Source: Oligoflexus sp. (GTDB taxonomy: Bacteria; Bdellovibrionota_B; Oligoflexia; Oligoflexales; Oligoflexaceae). From it: a DNA stretch of 30,671 bases. Of the stretch, positions 17,692-26,277 are shown one piece after another. Both the position numbers and the translations under genes were made by a program. The stretch covers positions 1 to 30,671 of the forward strand of contig JBGSTX010000083.1 of assembly GCA_041736305.1 (NCBI GenBank), given 5' to 3'. The notes beneath the pieces are model-generated. The model did not search any database and had not been told where the DNA came from. It was given only the letters and a program-made list of their open reading frames with translations. Position 1 is the first letter of the stretch, and every line of letters begins with the position of its first letter.

Positions 17692-19286
17692 CGGGATTTA
17701 GTCCCAGATAGTAGGCTTTCGAGTTTCTTGGCTATATCGCTAAGATCGCAGATGTGGTCGACAGCGCCCAGCTGAATAGCTTCGCGAGGCATGCCGAAAA
17801 CAACAGAGGACTTCTCGTCCTGTGCAATGGTTTGGCAGCCTTGCTCTTTCATTGCTTTCATACCTCGGGCGCCGTCGGCTCCCATTCCCGTCAGTATAAT
17901 GCCGATAGCCTTGCCCTTGGCGAGCTTGGCCACTGAATCGAAGAGGACATCGACAGAGGGTTTATGTCTATTCACTGGGGGGCCGTCCTCGACCTTCACG
18001 CGAAAGCCATAGCCATCCTGGACGATACGCATCTGCATGGCACCTGGAGCGATGAGGACGCGTCCAGCCAGAACCTGATCGCCGTCTGCAGCTTCTTTGA
18101 CCTCGAAAGGGCAAATACTGTTGAGGCGATCGGCATAGGCTTTAGAAAATACTGGGGGTATATGCTGGACGATGACTATGGGCGGAATATCGGGACTGAG
18201 CTGAAGCAGGACTTCTTGCAGCGCTTGTGTGCCTCCCGTGGAAGCTCCTATCGCGACCAGAGGGCGGCCACTCGTCCTTTGGGTGCATTTCACAGCGCGG
18301 GTGCGGCTTTCTGAAATCCTTCCAGCTCGGATATGCGCAGAAGCTGCTGCCTTGATTTTCTCGCAGATCTGCGGTGCTAGCAGGGGAAGTTCCGCCATTC
18401 GGGGTTTTTGGATATAGTCGACGGCACCAAGTTCCAGAGCTCTGAGGACTTCGCCTCCGTCTTCCATGCTCAGAGCCGTCAACATCACTACGGGCATCGG
18501 CCGTGTGCTCATGAGTTTTGTGAGATACGCAATCCCGTCCATTTCGGGCATATGGATGTCGAGAGTCATGACGTCGATCGCTTGCGATTTGAGGATTGCA
18601 TCCGCTTCGCGAGCGCTCGCTGCCATCGCTGCGACTTCAAGCTCGGGGTCCTGTCCGAAGACAAGTTTGAGCATTTCTCGAACTGTTTTCGAATCGTCGA
18701 CGATGAGCACGCGTTTTCGCTTCGGTTTCTTCTCCGGGAGCGCTTTGCTAGCTAGGGGAGTCGGGGCGATCTTCAGGATTGCTTTCTCGCTTATTTCGCC
18801 AACTGGACTGACGCGCAGCTTTCCCGAGGCGGTATAAAAGAAAATCTTTCGGCCTTGCCGCCCTCCGACATCGGAAGCGACGATTTTGATTCCAAACTCG
18901 CTCAATAGCTTCTTAGCCATATTCTGATTATGCTCACCAATTTCACCACTGACTAGCCCAGGACCGCGGATGCTGGCGCCCCCGATGATCTTGGCTCTCA
19001 GGTCTCTAGCGAGTACACCGGGGGTTTCCAGAATGGTTTCAATCAGAGTACGGGTCGAGGTATTGCCATAGCGAAGGTAATCAGCTGCAGCCGCTTTGGC
19101 CATAGGATCTTTGGGAAGCACGAAGTGATTGATGCCGCCGATCGTACCATGGATCGAGTAGATGCAGACGGAAATGCAAGATCCCAGCACGGTGCTGACG
19201 ACAGCGGGCTGATCCGAGATGACGATCTCTCCGATACCGAGGCTGATGTAGAGCTGCTTAGGGGCTCTTGGATCCGCGCTTCCCAT
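17688..19286 (-). CDS. cheB: CheD-CheB fusion (receptor deamidase + REC-methylesterase)
   Basis: N-terminal CheD (TVLGSCISVC, GGINHFVLP, RYG, AKIIGGA, IGEHN, DVGG..GRKI) in frame with REC (IVDDS, TLDIHMP) and methylesterase (GASTGG, VQHIP, GMGADGA). Confidence 0.92.
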   Translation of the reverse strand: MGSADPRAPKQLYISLGIGEIVISDQPAVVSTVLGSCISVCIYSIHGTIGGINHFVLPKDPMAKAAAADYLRYGNTSTRTLIETILETPGVLARDLRAKIIGGASIRGPGLVSGEIGEHNQNMAKKLLSEFGIKIVASDVGGRQGRKIFFYTASGKLRVSPVGEISEKAILKIAPTPLASKALPEKKPKRKRVLIVDDSKTVREMLKLVFGQDPELEVAAMAASAREADAILKSQAIDVMTLDIHMPEMDGIAYLTKLMSTRPMPVVMLTALSMEDGGEVLRALELGAVDYIQKPRMAELPLLAPQICEKIKAAASAHIRAGRISESRTRAVKCTQRTSGRPLVAIGASTGGTQALQEVLLQLSPDIPPIVIVQHIPPVFSKAYADRLNSICPFEVKEAADGDQVLAGRVLIAPGAMQMRIVQDGYGFRVKVEDGPPVNRHKPSVDVLFDSVAKLAKGKAIGIILTGMGADGARGMKAMKEQGCQTIAQDEKSSVVFGMPREAIQLGAVDHICDLSDIAKKLESLLSGTKSR

Positions 19287-19292
19287 TAGGAT

Positions 19293-20138
19293 TCACTTCA
19301 CTTTCTTGCGATAGACGGACGGCCGCAACCTTTCCCAACCTGCAGTATCCTTCTGCAAGGCTTCCGAGTGGCCTACAAAATGATAAGCTCCAGGTTTGGC
19401 CGCTTCATAGAGGTTTCTGATCACTTGGGTGATCGTCTCTGGCGCAAAGTAGATCAGGACGTTCCGGCAGAAGATGACGTCGAATTTATGTTCCCAAGGA
19501 AAGGGGGGAGCGATCAGGTTGCACGCTTTGAAGCTTATTTTGTCGCGAATATGTGCTTTGACACTGATCCAATCCTTGATTTCCTTGGTCCCGAAATTGA
19601 AAGCTTCTTTGTGATACTGAAGCGGAATTTCCGAAAGTCTAGCCTTTTTATAGACACCATTTCTAGCTATGGGCAGGACGCTCGTATCGATATCGGAAGC
19701 TGCTACCGAAAAATCGAAATTATGGCGCTTCTTCGCATCACTCAGCACCATGGAAAGCGTGTAAGGCTCTTCACCAGTCGAACAGGGTACCGACCAGATT
19801 CGCCAAGGACCGCGCGGACGGCCACCTAACCATTCGGGCAAGGCTTCGTTTACAAGATACTGGAAGTGCTCTTCTTCCCTAAAAAAATCGGTCTTGTTGG
19901 TCGTCAGGCAGTTGAGAAAAATCTGCCACTCCTCATGGCTCTGCGGCAGAGATTTGAGGAAGTCTACATACTCGTGCAGCGATTTTAGCTGAAGCGTCAG
20001 CAGACGTTTTCTCAGCCGACCCATCAGCAGATCGGACTTGGATTCAGACAGAGCGATGCCCGCCATGCCTTCAAGAGTGCGCCGGAGGTATTGGAACGAT
20101 TCACGATCAACTGACTGGCGGATTTCGGCGACGCTCAT
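19293..20138 (-). CDS. cheR: Chemotaxis protein methyltransferase
   Basis: LTTNKTDFFRE, RIWSVPCSTGEEPYTL, ASDID, FDVIFCRNVLIYF, GHSE. Confidence 0.96.
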   Translation of the reverse strand: MSVAEIRQSVDRESFQYLRRTLEGMAGIALSESKSDLLMGRLRKRLLTLQLKSLHEYVDFLKSLPQSHEEWQIFLNCLTTNKTDFFREEEHFQYLVNEALPEWLGGRPRGPWRIWSVPCSTGEEPYTLSMVLSDAKKRHNFDFSVAASDIDTSVLPIARNGVYKKARLSEIPLQYHKEAFNFGTKEIKDWISVKAHIRDKISFKACNLIAPPFPWEHKFDVIFCRNVLIYFAPETITQVIRNLYEAAKPGAYHFVGHSEALQKDTAGWERLRPSVYRKKVK

Positions 20139-20154
20139 ACCAATCCATTCAAGT

Positions 20155-20191
20155 AAAAATCCTGCTCGAACACCAAAGCGTCGAGTAGGAT
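20155..20191 (-). terminator. Intra-operon stem-loop with U-tract between mcp and cheR (possible partial terminator/stabiliser)
   Basis: Arms 20159-20169 ATCCTGCTCGA and 20181-20191 TCGAGTAGGAT (one mismatch on the minus transcript), 11-nt loop, followed on the minus strand by TTTT. Confidence 0.5.
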
Positions 20192-20200
20192 GCTTAGAAA

Positions 20201-21961
20201 TTAAACTTCAGTAAACCGTGGGTCGTCTTCAGAAGGTATTACGTCACTGCCCGATGCCATACGCACCTGGGAAGGCTGAGGTGCGTGCTTCGATTTCTTT
20301 GCGCCGAGATGCAGGACGCGGCCGTTCTCCTTCGGCGGATTTGCCGATTTACTCGCTCTCTGAACCTGACGCGCAGGAGGAGCAACGTGATGAACTTGAG
20401 CGGCATCGCCGCCCTTGATAGTGACGATGAGCGTCTGTACAACAGCTTGCATGCTCTCAGCCTGGGCGGAAAGTTCTTCAGCGGCGCTGGCGGTCTCTTC
20501 GGATGCAGCCGCATTCTGTTGGGTCATCTGATCTAGTTGCGTCACAGCCTTAGTGATTTCGGCGATACCCCTTGCCTGCTCGTCGCTAGCGCCGGATATG
20601 GAGTGAGACATAGAGGCAACCTGTGAAACATTGCTAACGATCTCTTCGAGAACTTCGCCGCAATCGACCGCTACCTTGGTGCCGAGCTCAACTTTCTGCT
20701 TGCTCTCTGTGATCAGTTTCTCGACTGAGGAGCGCGTCTCCCGGACGATACTTTCAACTTTTTGAATGCTCGAGTCGAGCATGGTGGAGATTTCCTTGGC
20801 GGCGTTACCACTCATCTGAGCCAGATTGCCTACTTCTTCGGCGACAACCGCGAAACCCTTGCCGTGCTCACCGGCGCGAGCGGCTTCCACCGATGCGTTG
20901 AAGGAGAGGAGCTTAGTCTGGAACACGATGTCGTTGATGACTTTGGTCTTATTGCCGATTTCACTGATGACTTTGACGATTTCAGATATTTTTTCGTTAC
21001 TTTCGTTGGTCTGATGCATGATGTTGCTGTTGGCTGCATCGATGTCTTGCATAGCCCGCTTCATCTCTTCGACGACCTTCTTGCCTCGCGTGGCACTGGT
21101 GCCGCTGGCGGTAGAAACTTCGGAACTTTGGCGAGCGCTTTCAGCATTCTTTTGGACCATCGAGTTCATTTCCTCGACAGCGGAAGAGGTCTCTTCCAGC
21201 GAAGATGCCTGCTCGGTAGCCCCCTGCGAAAGCTCCTCTGAAGACGCGGCGATCTGCTGAGCTGCTGACGTTACTTGGTTTGCGCTGTCATTCAATCCAG
21301 AGATGACATTGTCAATAGCTTTATTCAAAGCGCGAAGAATGAAGAAGGCCAAAGTGAGTCCGATCAAAATTGAGGATAGACTTACGGCTAAGAGGATATT
21401 CCGCGATTCTGTGTAAAGCGCAATTGCGTTCTGCTCTTCTACTATCATCATCTTGTCATTGCGTTCCACAACTGCATTCAAGCGATCTGATACACCATTC
21501 ATGAGATCTCGAGATTTGCCTCGGGCTAGAGCTGTAGCCTCGACGTTCTTGCCCATTCTGCTTAAACGTTGAATTTCAGCATCAACATCGCTCCAGCGCT
21601 TGACGTCTTCTATTGAGACTTCGAGTTCTTTCTTACTCACTTCGAGGACAAGCATGCTTTTCAGCTTTTCCATATCAGCCGTGAGAGATTTCTCAAGGCC
21701 CGCCAGCACGCCTTCGATCCTGTCCATGCCTTCTTTGCTAGACTCGAGGATGAATACTTTTTCTTGGTTTTTTATTTCGGCTGCGGTAGCTAAAAGCTTC
21801 TGCGAGATAGCGACGCGAGGCACTACACTGGTAACGATATTATCCAGAGAATCATTGAGTTTGCTCAACTTAAAGATACCCAAGATAGAGATGAGCAAGC
21901 TTGCCGCGACAAAAATTGAGAGGACTCCAACGAACTTTGCATTAAGGCTCAGATTCTTCAC
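20201..21961 (-). CDS. Methyl-accepting chemotaxis protein (four-helix-bundle sensor)
   Basis: TM1, periplasmic helical domain, TM2, signalling hairpin [30 protein letters not shown], methylation helices, flexible tail ending DDPRFTEV. Confidence 0.96.
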   Translation of the reverse strand: MKNLSLNAKFVGVLSIFVAASLLISILGIFKLSKLNDSLDNIVTSVVPRVAISQKLLATAAEIKNQEKVFILESSKEGMDRIEGVLAGLEKSLTADMEKLKSMLVLEVSKKELEVSIEDVKRWSDVDAEIQRLSRMGKNVEATALARGKSRDLMNGVSDRLNAVVERNDKMMIVEEQNAIALYTESRNILLAVSLSSILIGLTLAFFILRALNKAIDNVISGLNDSANQVTSAAQQIAASSEELSQGATEQASSLEETSSAVEEMNSMVQKNAESARQSSEVSTASGTSATRGKKVVEEMKRAMQDIDAANSNIMHQTNESNEKISEIVKVISEIGNKTKVINDIVFQTKLLSFNASVEAARAGEHGKGFAVVAEEVGNLAQMSGNAAKEISTMLDSSIQKVESIVRETRSSVEKLITESKQKVELGTKVAVDCGEVLEEIVSNVSQVASMSHSISGASDEQARGIAEITKAVTQLDQMTQQNAAASEETASAAEELSAQAESMQAVVQTLIVTIKGGDAAQVHHVAPPARQVQRASKSANPPKENGRVLHLGAKKSKHAPQPSQVRMASGSDVIPSEDDPRFTEV

Positions 21962-22000
21962 AAAATTACTCCTCGACCTATGTTGATTTTAACTTCTTTG

Positions 22001-22528
22001 TCAAGCTGCATGCCGCTTTGCGGCTTGATTTTTCAGAGTAACCAGATCGTCGACACTCAAAGTCTTTTCAATGTCGAGGATGAGAACGAGCTTTTTGTCA
22101 ACTCGCGCCACTCCAGTCAGATAGTCAGAGCTAATAGTGCTTTCCAGATCGGGAGGGGGAATGATGTCTTCCGATGAGAGTGCGAGTACAGCGTCGACCG
22201 AATCGACTATCACGCCTATACAGAGCGGGCTCAAATCGAGGATAACGATAGCTGTCTCCGCTGTGGTGTCAGCCCGCTGCATCTTGAACTTGACCCGTAG
22301 ATCCATCACGGAAATGACCTGGCCTCGCAGGTTCATGATGCCCTTGAAATGCGACGCAGTGTAAGGCACCGTGGTAATTTCGCCAAGTGCGATCACTTCC
22401 CGCACTTTGAGCAGGGGAACCGCATAGGATTCATTGCAAAGAGCAAATGCCAGAAACCTGTGCTCGCCGCCTGTCGATCGGCGAGAGCTCGATTGTTTGG
22501 TTTCTGACTTGGAGCTGTCTGAACTCAT
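22001..22528 (-). CDS. cheW: Chemotaxis coupling protein
   Basis: FLAF..YAVPL..VREVI, GIMNLRGQVISVMDL, GVIVDSV; ATG overlaps the cheA stop (ATGA). Confidence 0.95.
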   Translation of the reverse strand: MSSDSSKSETKQSSSRRSTGGEHRFLAFALCNESYAVPLLKVREVIALGEITTVPYTASHFKGIMNLRGQVISVMDLRVKFKMQRADTTAETAIVILDLSPLCIGVIVDSVDAVLALSSEDIIPPPDLESTISSDYLTGVARVDKKLVLILDIEKTLSVDDLVTLKNQAAKRHAA

Positions 22529-24282
22529 GCGGCTTCCTTTCTCACGGACTTGTTTGACTTGGTTGCGTTGATTAGTTCAGCAAAATCTATGATAAGGGCC
22601 GCCTTCCCATCTCCAAGGATGGCTGCGCCTGAGAGACCAGCTAGCCCATGCAGCTCATCGCCGAGTCGTTTGATTACAATCTGCTGCTGACTGATGATAT
22701 CGTCGACTAGGACGGCAAATGACACTCCACCCTTGCCCTTCCCAACCACGGCGATACCGTTCATTGCTTGGTCGGCCGCGGGTTTCTGTCCGAGAATTTG
22801 CGAGAGGCGGAAGAGCGGAATGGTTTGGCCCCGCACGTTGAGATAGTGGCCCCGTTGGGCAGCGAAGGTAATGTCATCAGGCCCTGGCAGTAGAGATTCT
22901 TGAATCGCCGTGATCGGTATCACGTAACGCTGATCCCCCGTAGCGACAACCATGCCGTCGATAATCGCGAGCGTAAGAGGCAGGAGTATGCGAAAGCAGC
23001 TGCCTTTACCTAGGGTAGATTCCACTTCGATGCGGCCATGGATCTGTTCGACGTTCGTCTTGACTACGTCCATGCCCACGCCACGACCGGATATAGACGT
23101 GACGGCTTCTTTGGTGGAAAATCCCGACTTGAAAATCAGCTGATAGGCTTCCTGCTCCGTGCGGACAGATCCAGGATTGATGAGCCCAAGTCGCTCAGCT
23201 TTAGAGATCAACTTGTCCTTATCGAGCCCCCGGCCATCGTCCGAAATTTCTACGACGATATGCTCGCCGAGGTGATAGGCCTTTAAAGTCACGGTGCCTT
23301 CGGCAGGCTTTCCGCTAGCTTCGCGATCTGCCGCTGATTCGATGCCGTGGTCCACTGCATTGCGAACCAGGTGAACGAGGGGATCTGACAGGAGATCGAG
23401 GACGGTTTTGTCGATTTCTGTATCGTCGCCAAATGTCTTCAGGCGCATTTTTTTGTCGAGTAACTGGCTGGTATCTCGGACTATGCGCTGCATTTTCTGG
23501 AAGGTCTGGGACAGGGGTACCATCCGCAGACTCATCGAAGAATCTTGGATTTTTCGGGTAATTTTCTCGAGATGTGAGATAGTTTTTTGCAGGAGATCTG
23601 AGGGAACAAGGTGACGGTGCTCATAGAGAACAGTTTGTAGAATCACCAGTTCGCCCACGTCATTTACCAGCTCATCTATCCTTCGGAGATTTACCCTGAT
23701 TGATTCATCGAGGGCCACTGTGTTAGGACTTGCAGGAGGGGAGTCCTTGCCGCTTACGGGCGGCTTGCTCGCAGGAGCCGGCGTGGGACTGGAATCGGCA
23801 AATAAGTGAAAGCCAGAATCTGCGCTCTTCTCCGCATCGTGGCTTAGAGAAATCTGAGGCTCATCGGCAACTGCAGCTTGCGCAGCCATCTGGGTAGAGT
23901 TGAGTACTGCTTGTATATCAGCGATAAAGGGTTCGATTGTGAAGCGACGATTCAGATCGGCTCTAAGGCTGCAGACCATGCTGTTTAGTTCGTCGTTGGC
24001 ACGTAGAAGGAGGTTGACTGTCGCTTTGTCCACCTTATGCCGGCCGCTCTTAATTTTCTCAAGGAGTGACTCGAGATGATGCGCAAACGATGAAAGATCC
24101 TCGAATCCAGCGACGCCTGCGGATCCTTTAAAACTGTGTGCGAGTCTGAAGATCTTATCGATGATGCTGGAGTCGTCAGGTGCTCCCTCAAGGAGCAAAA
24201 AGCTCTGCTCGCAGCCGCTGAGCATCTGCTCGGCCTCTTCGAGAAACGAAAACTTAAGCACCTTCTCAAAATCGTCCATCAT
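22525..24282 (-). CDS. cheA: Chemotaxis histidine kinase (P1-P3-P4-P5, no P2)
   Basis: IFRLAHSFKG (Hpt), DESIRV, HLVRNAVDHGIE, DDGRG, GFST, SGRGVGMDVV, LPLTLAI, C-terminal CheW-like domain. Confidence 0.96.
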   Translation of the reverse strand: MMDDFEKVLKFSFLEEAEQMLSGCEQSFLLLEGAPDDSSIIDKIFRLAHSFKGSAGVAGFEDLSSFAHHLESLLEKIKSGRHKVDKATVNLLLRANDELNSMVCSLRADLNRRFTIEPFIADIQAVLNSTQMAAQAAVADEPQISLSHDAEKSADSGFHLFADSSPTPAPASKPPVSGKDSPPASPNTVALDESIRVNLRRIDELVNDVGELVILQTVLYEHRHLVPSDLLQKTISHLEKITRKIQDSSMSLRMVPLSQTFQKMQRIVRDTSQLLDKKMRLKTFGDDTEIDKTVLDLLSDPLVHLVRNAVDHGIESAADREASGKPAEGTVTLKAYHLGEHIVVEISDDGRGLDKDKLISKAERLGLINPGSVRTEQEAYQLIFKSGFSTKEAVTSISGRGVGMDVVKTNVEQIHGRIEVESTLGKGSCFRILLPLTLAIIDGMVVATGDQRYVIPITAIQESLLPGPDDITFAAQRGHYLNVRGQTIPLFRLSQILGQKPAADQAMNGIAVVGKGKGGVSFAVLVDDIISQQQIVIKRLGDELHGLAGLSGAAILGDGKAALIIDFAELINATKSNKSVRKEAA

Positions 24283-24474
24283 CTCATCCTTTTCAGGCTT
24301 CGATTCCCTTGAGGGCTTCGCCGCGCAGACTTAGGTAATTTATTTCGTCTCCTAGCGTACGAACTAAAATGTTTTTAATTAAAGAAATTCTGACTCACAA
24401 GAACGCATAGACATAACAATGAGTTAGTGTCAGGAAGCGGTCTCTGTGCGCAGAAAAAGGGTCTTAGGCCAATA

Positions 24475-24496
24475 GTGTTTGTAGAAGTTTTGTAGA
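24475..24496. promoter_or_regulatory. Putative CarH-type operator: two tandem 11-bp direct repeats
   Basis: TTTGTAGA at 24478 and 24489 (11-bp period). Minus strand reads TCTACAAAACT-TCTACAAACAC, fitting the TnnACA core of CarH operators; lies upstream of the MerR-B12 gene. Confidence 0.55.
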
Positions 24497-24591
24497 GAGT
24501 ACGAAACGATTTCGTCCCTAATTCTTACGCAGAATAATTATTGCTTCTTCGACTTCCTAATCATTATATAGGCTGCTAGCTTCACAACAGA

Positions 24592-25623
24592 TTGCGCAGG
24601 AGTGAGGGTACGAACAAGAGTACAGCAGATGTTGAGTATGGATTAAAAGCGGTTTGTAAGCTGACAGGGCTTATAGAGTCGACCTTGCGCGCCTGGGAAC
24701 TGCGTTATAGGGCAGTATCGCCTCGACGCTTGGATAATGGGCGGAGAATCTATAGCGCGCATGACGTAGAAAAGCTGCAGCTGCTTGTTGCCGCCAGGCA
24801 GGCAGGACATTCCATTAGTCAGATTGCAAGTATGGAAAACCCGGCTTTAAAAGAGCTGATTGGACGCTATATGGAAAACACAAAATTGCGTGCAGATCTA
24901 CCTGATGAGTCTATCCAAGAGACCGAGGACAAGCGTCGTACGGGGTTTGGAACCTCGCCTCGTCGGCTCTTCAGCCAGCTTGATAAATTTGATTTTGTTA
25001 GTACCTACAATGAGTTGCTTGGGTTGAGAGCTAAGACCGATCTCGATACTTTTATTCTTGAAGTTCTCGATACCGTTTTTAAGCAGCTCGATGAGGGGGT
25101 CAGCAAACATATGATTTGCTTAGCACAAGAGCATGCCCTCAGCGCAATGATTAAATCGATACTGCTGCGTGAATTTTTTCATCCAAGGAAGATTCGTCTT
25201 GAGCTACGATCTAAGAACGAGGAGCCCAGGGAAAAATTTCGGCAGCTCGCTTTTGCTACCCTAGACGGTGATTTGCATGAATTCGGGATACTGATGGCTG
25301 CGGTTCTTTGTGCGAATCGAGGAATTTCTTCGTTCTATCTCGGATCTAGCGTGCCAGCGGAAGAACTTATCAACGCAGCGCGGAGACTGCGGATAGACAC
25401 CCTGATCCTCAGCATTCCCAAGGAGCCTCTCATCGCGGCGAAGGCCCCGGGCGTGTTCCAAGATCTGCTCGATAATCTGCCCCCGCACTGTCGCATTGTC
25501 ATCGGTGGAAAGAGCGAGAGCCTTGGGATTCCTAGCGACGATCGGATCCAAGCTTTCCAAACGATGAAAGCTTTGGGCAAATTTTTGGAGAACATAAAAG
25601 CCGATCCGGTCGTAGCCTATTAG
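24592..25623 (+). CDS. MerR-family HTH regulator with cobalamin-binding domain (CarH/LitR-like)
   Basis: TLRAWELRY..VSPRR..NGRRIYS (MerR, RxWERRY-like), AQEHALS, GDLHEFG (B12 His motif), YLGSSVP. Start codon uncertain. Confidence 0.88.
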   Translation: MRRSEGTNKSTADVEYGLKAVCKLTGLIESTLRAWELRYRAVSPRRLDNGRRIYSAHDVEKLQLLVAARQAGHSISQIASMENPALKELIGRYMENTKLRADLPDESIQETEDKRRTGFGTSPRRLFSQLDKFDFVSTYNELLGLRAKTDLDTFILEVLDTVFKQLDEGVSKHMICLAQEHALSAMIKSILLREFFHPRKIRLELRSKNEEPREKFRQLAFATLDGDLHEFGILMAAVLCANRGISSFYLGSSVPAEELINAARRLRIDTLILSIPKEPLIAAKAPGVFQDLLDNLPPHCRIVIGGKSESLGIPSDDRIQAFQTMKALGKFLENIKADPVVAY

Positions 25624-25645
25624 TTTTGAGTCAGGAGACGACTTT

Positions 25646-26098
25646 TTACTCGCTGGCTTTTTTAGCTTGAGTTTGAAGTGCAGCAATAATTGGCCTAGGC
25701 TGCAGGGCTATATCTTGCAGAGATACCTCATCAAGCTGTCTGAAAAATGCTTCCCGAGCCTTATATAGCACAGCTTTCAGCCCACAGACGCGAATGATGG
25801 GACAGGTATTGGCTTCAGTGTCGAAGCACTCAACGAGGTGGAAATGCGGTTCCATCTTGCGCACGACCTGCCCCATATTGATCTCGCTGGGCGGGGTACC
25901 AAGTCTTATACCACCGCCACGTCCACGCGTCGTTTCTATAAAACCGAATTTGCTTAGACCATGAACGACCTTCACGAGGTGGTTCTGCGAAATCCCAAAT
26001 GAACGGGAAATCTCTTCGACAGAGCTTTGCTCCTGGTCCATGCAAGCCAGGAATATCAGCACGCGGCATCCGTAATCGGCGTAGAGAGAGAGTTGCAT
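25646..26098 (-). CDS. nsrR: Rrf2-family NO-responsive transcriptional repressor
   Basis: ADYGCRVL, NHLVKVV, RGRGGG and three Fe-S Cys in LVECF...NTCPIIRVCGL. Start re-called to ATG 26098. Confidence 0.85.
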   Translation of the reverse strand: MQLSLYADYGCRVLIFLACMDQEQSSVEEISRSFGISQNHLVKVVHGLSKFGFIETTRGRGGGIRLGTPPSEINMGQVVRKMEPHFHLVECFDTEANTCPIIRVCGLKAVLYKAREAFFRQLDEVSLQDIALQPRPIIAALQTQAKKASE

Positions 26099-26210
26099 AT
26101 CATCTGCTTTCTGGAACAAGAAAAGATTCGTTCAGACCAATTTAGCAGACCTATGCGTGATTCTGAAAGCTCGTGCTAAGGGCCAGGAATTAATGGGAGC
26201 TAAGTTCGTG

Positions 26211-26233
26211 AATATGTATTTTAGATTCAAGTT
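26211..26233. promoter_or_regulatory. Putative NsrR operator
   Basis: AATATGTATTTTAGATTCAAGTT resembles the NsrR palindrome aaGATGyAT-N5-ATrCATCtt; lies in the nsrR divergent spacer. Confidence 0.6.
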
Positions 26234-26253
26234 TGGCGCGCTTTTTCCGATAA
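26227..26253 (+). promoter_or_regulatory. Putative sigma28 (FliA) promoter
   Basis: TCAAGTTT-N11-TCCGATAA (7/8 and 7/8 matches to TAAAGTTT-N11-GCCGATAA), ending 24 nt before ATG 26278. Confidence 0.65.
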
Positions 26254-26277
26254 AGATGAGATAAGGGGACCAAGCTG

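Noticed and set aside
24341-24370. Sigma28 promoter for cheA (TTTA-N15-GACGAAAT on the minus strand)
   Set aside because: Match to consensus is too weak to support.
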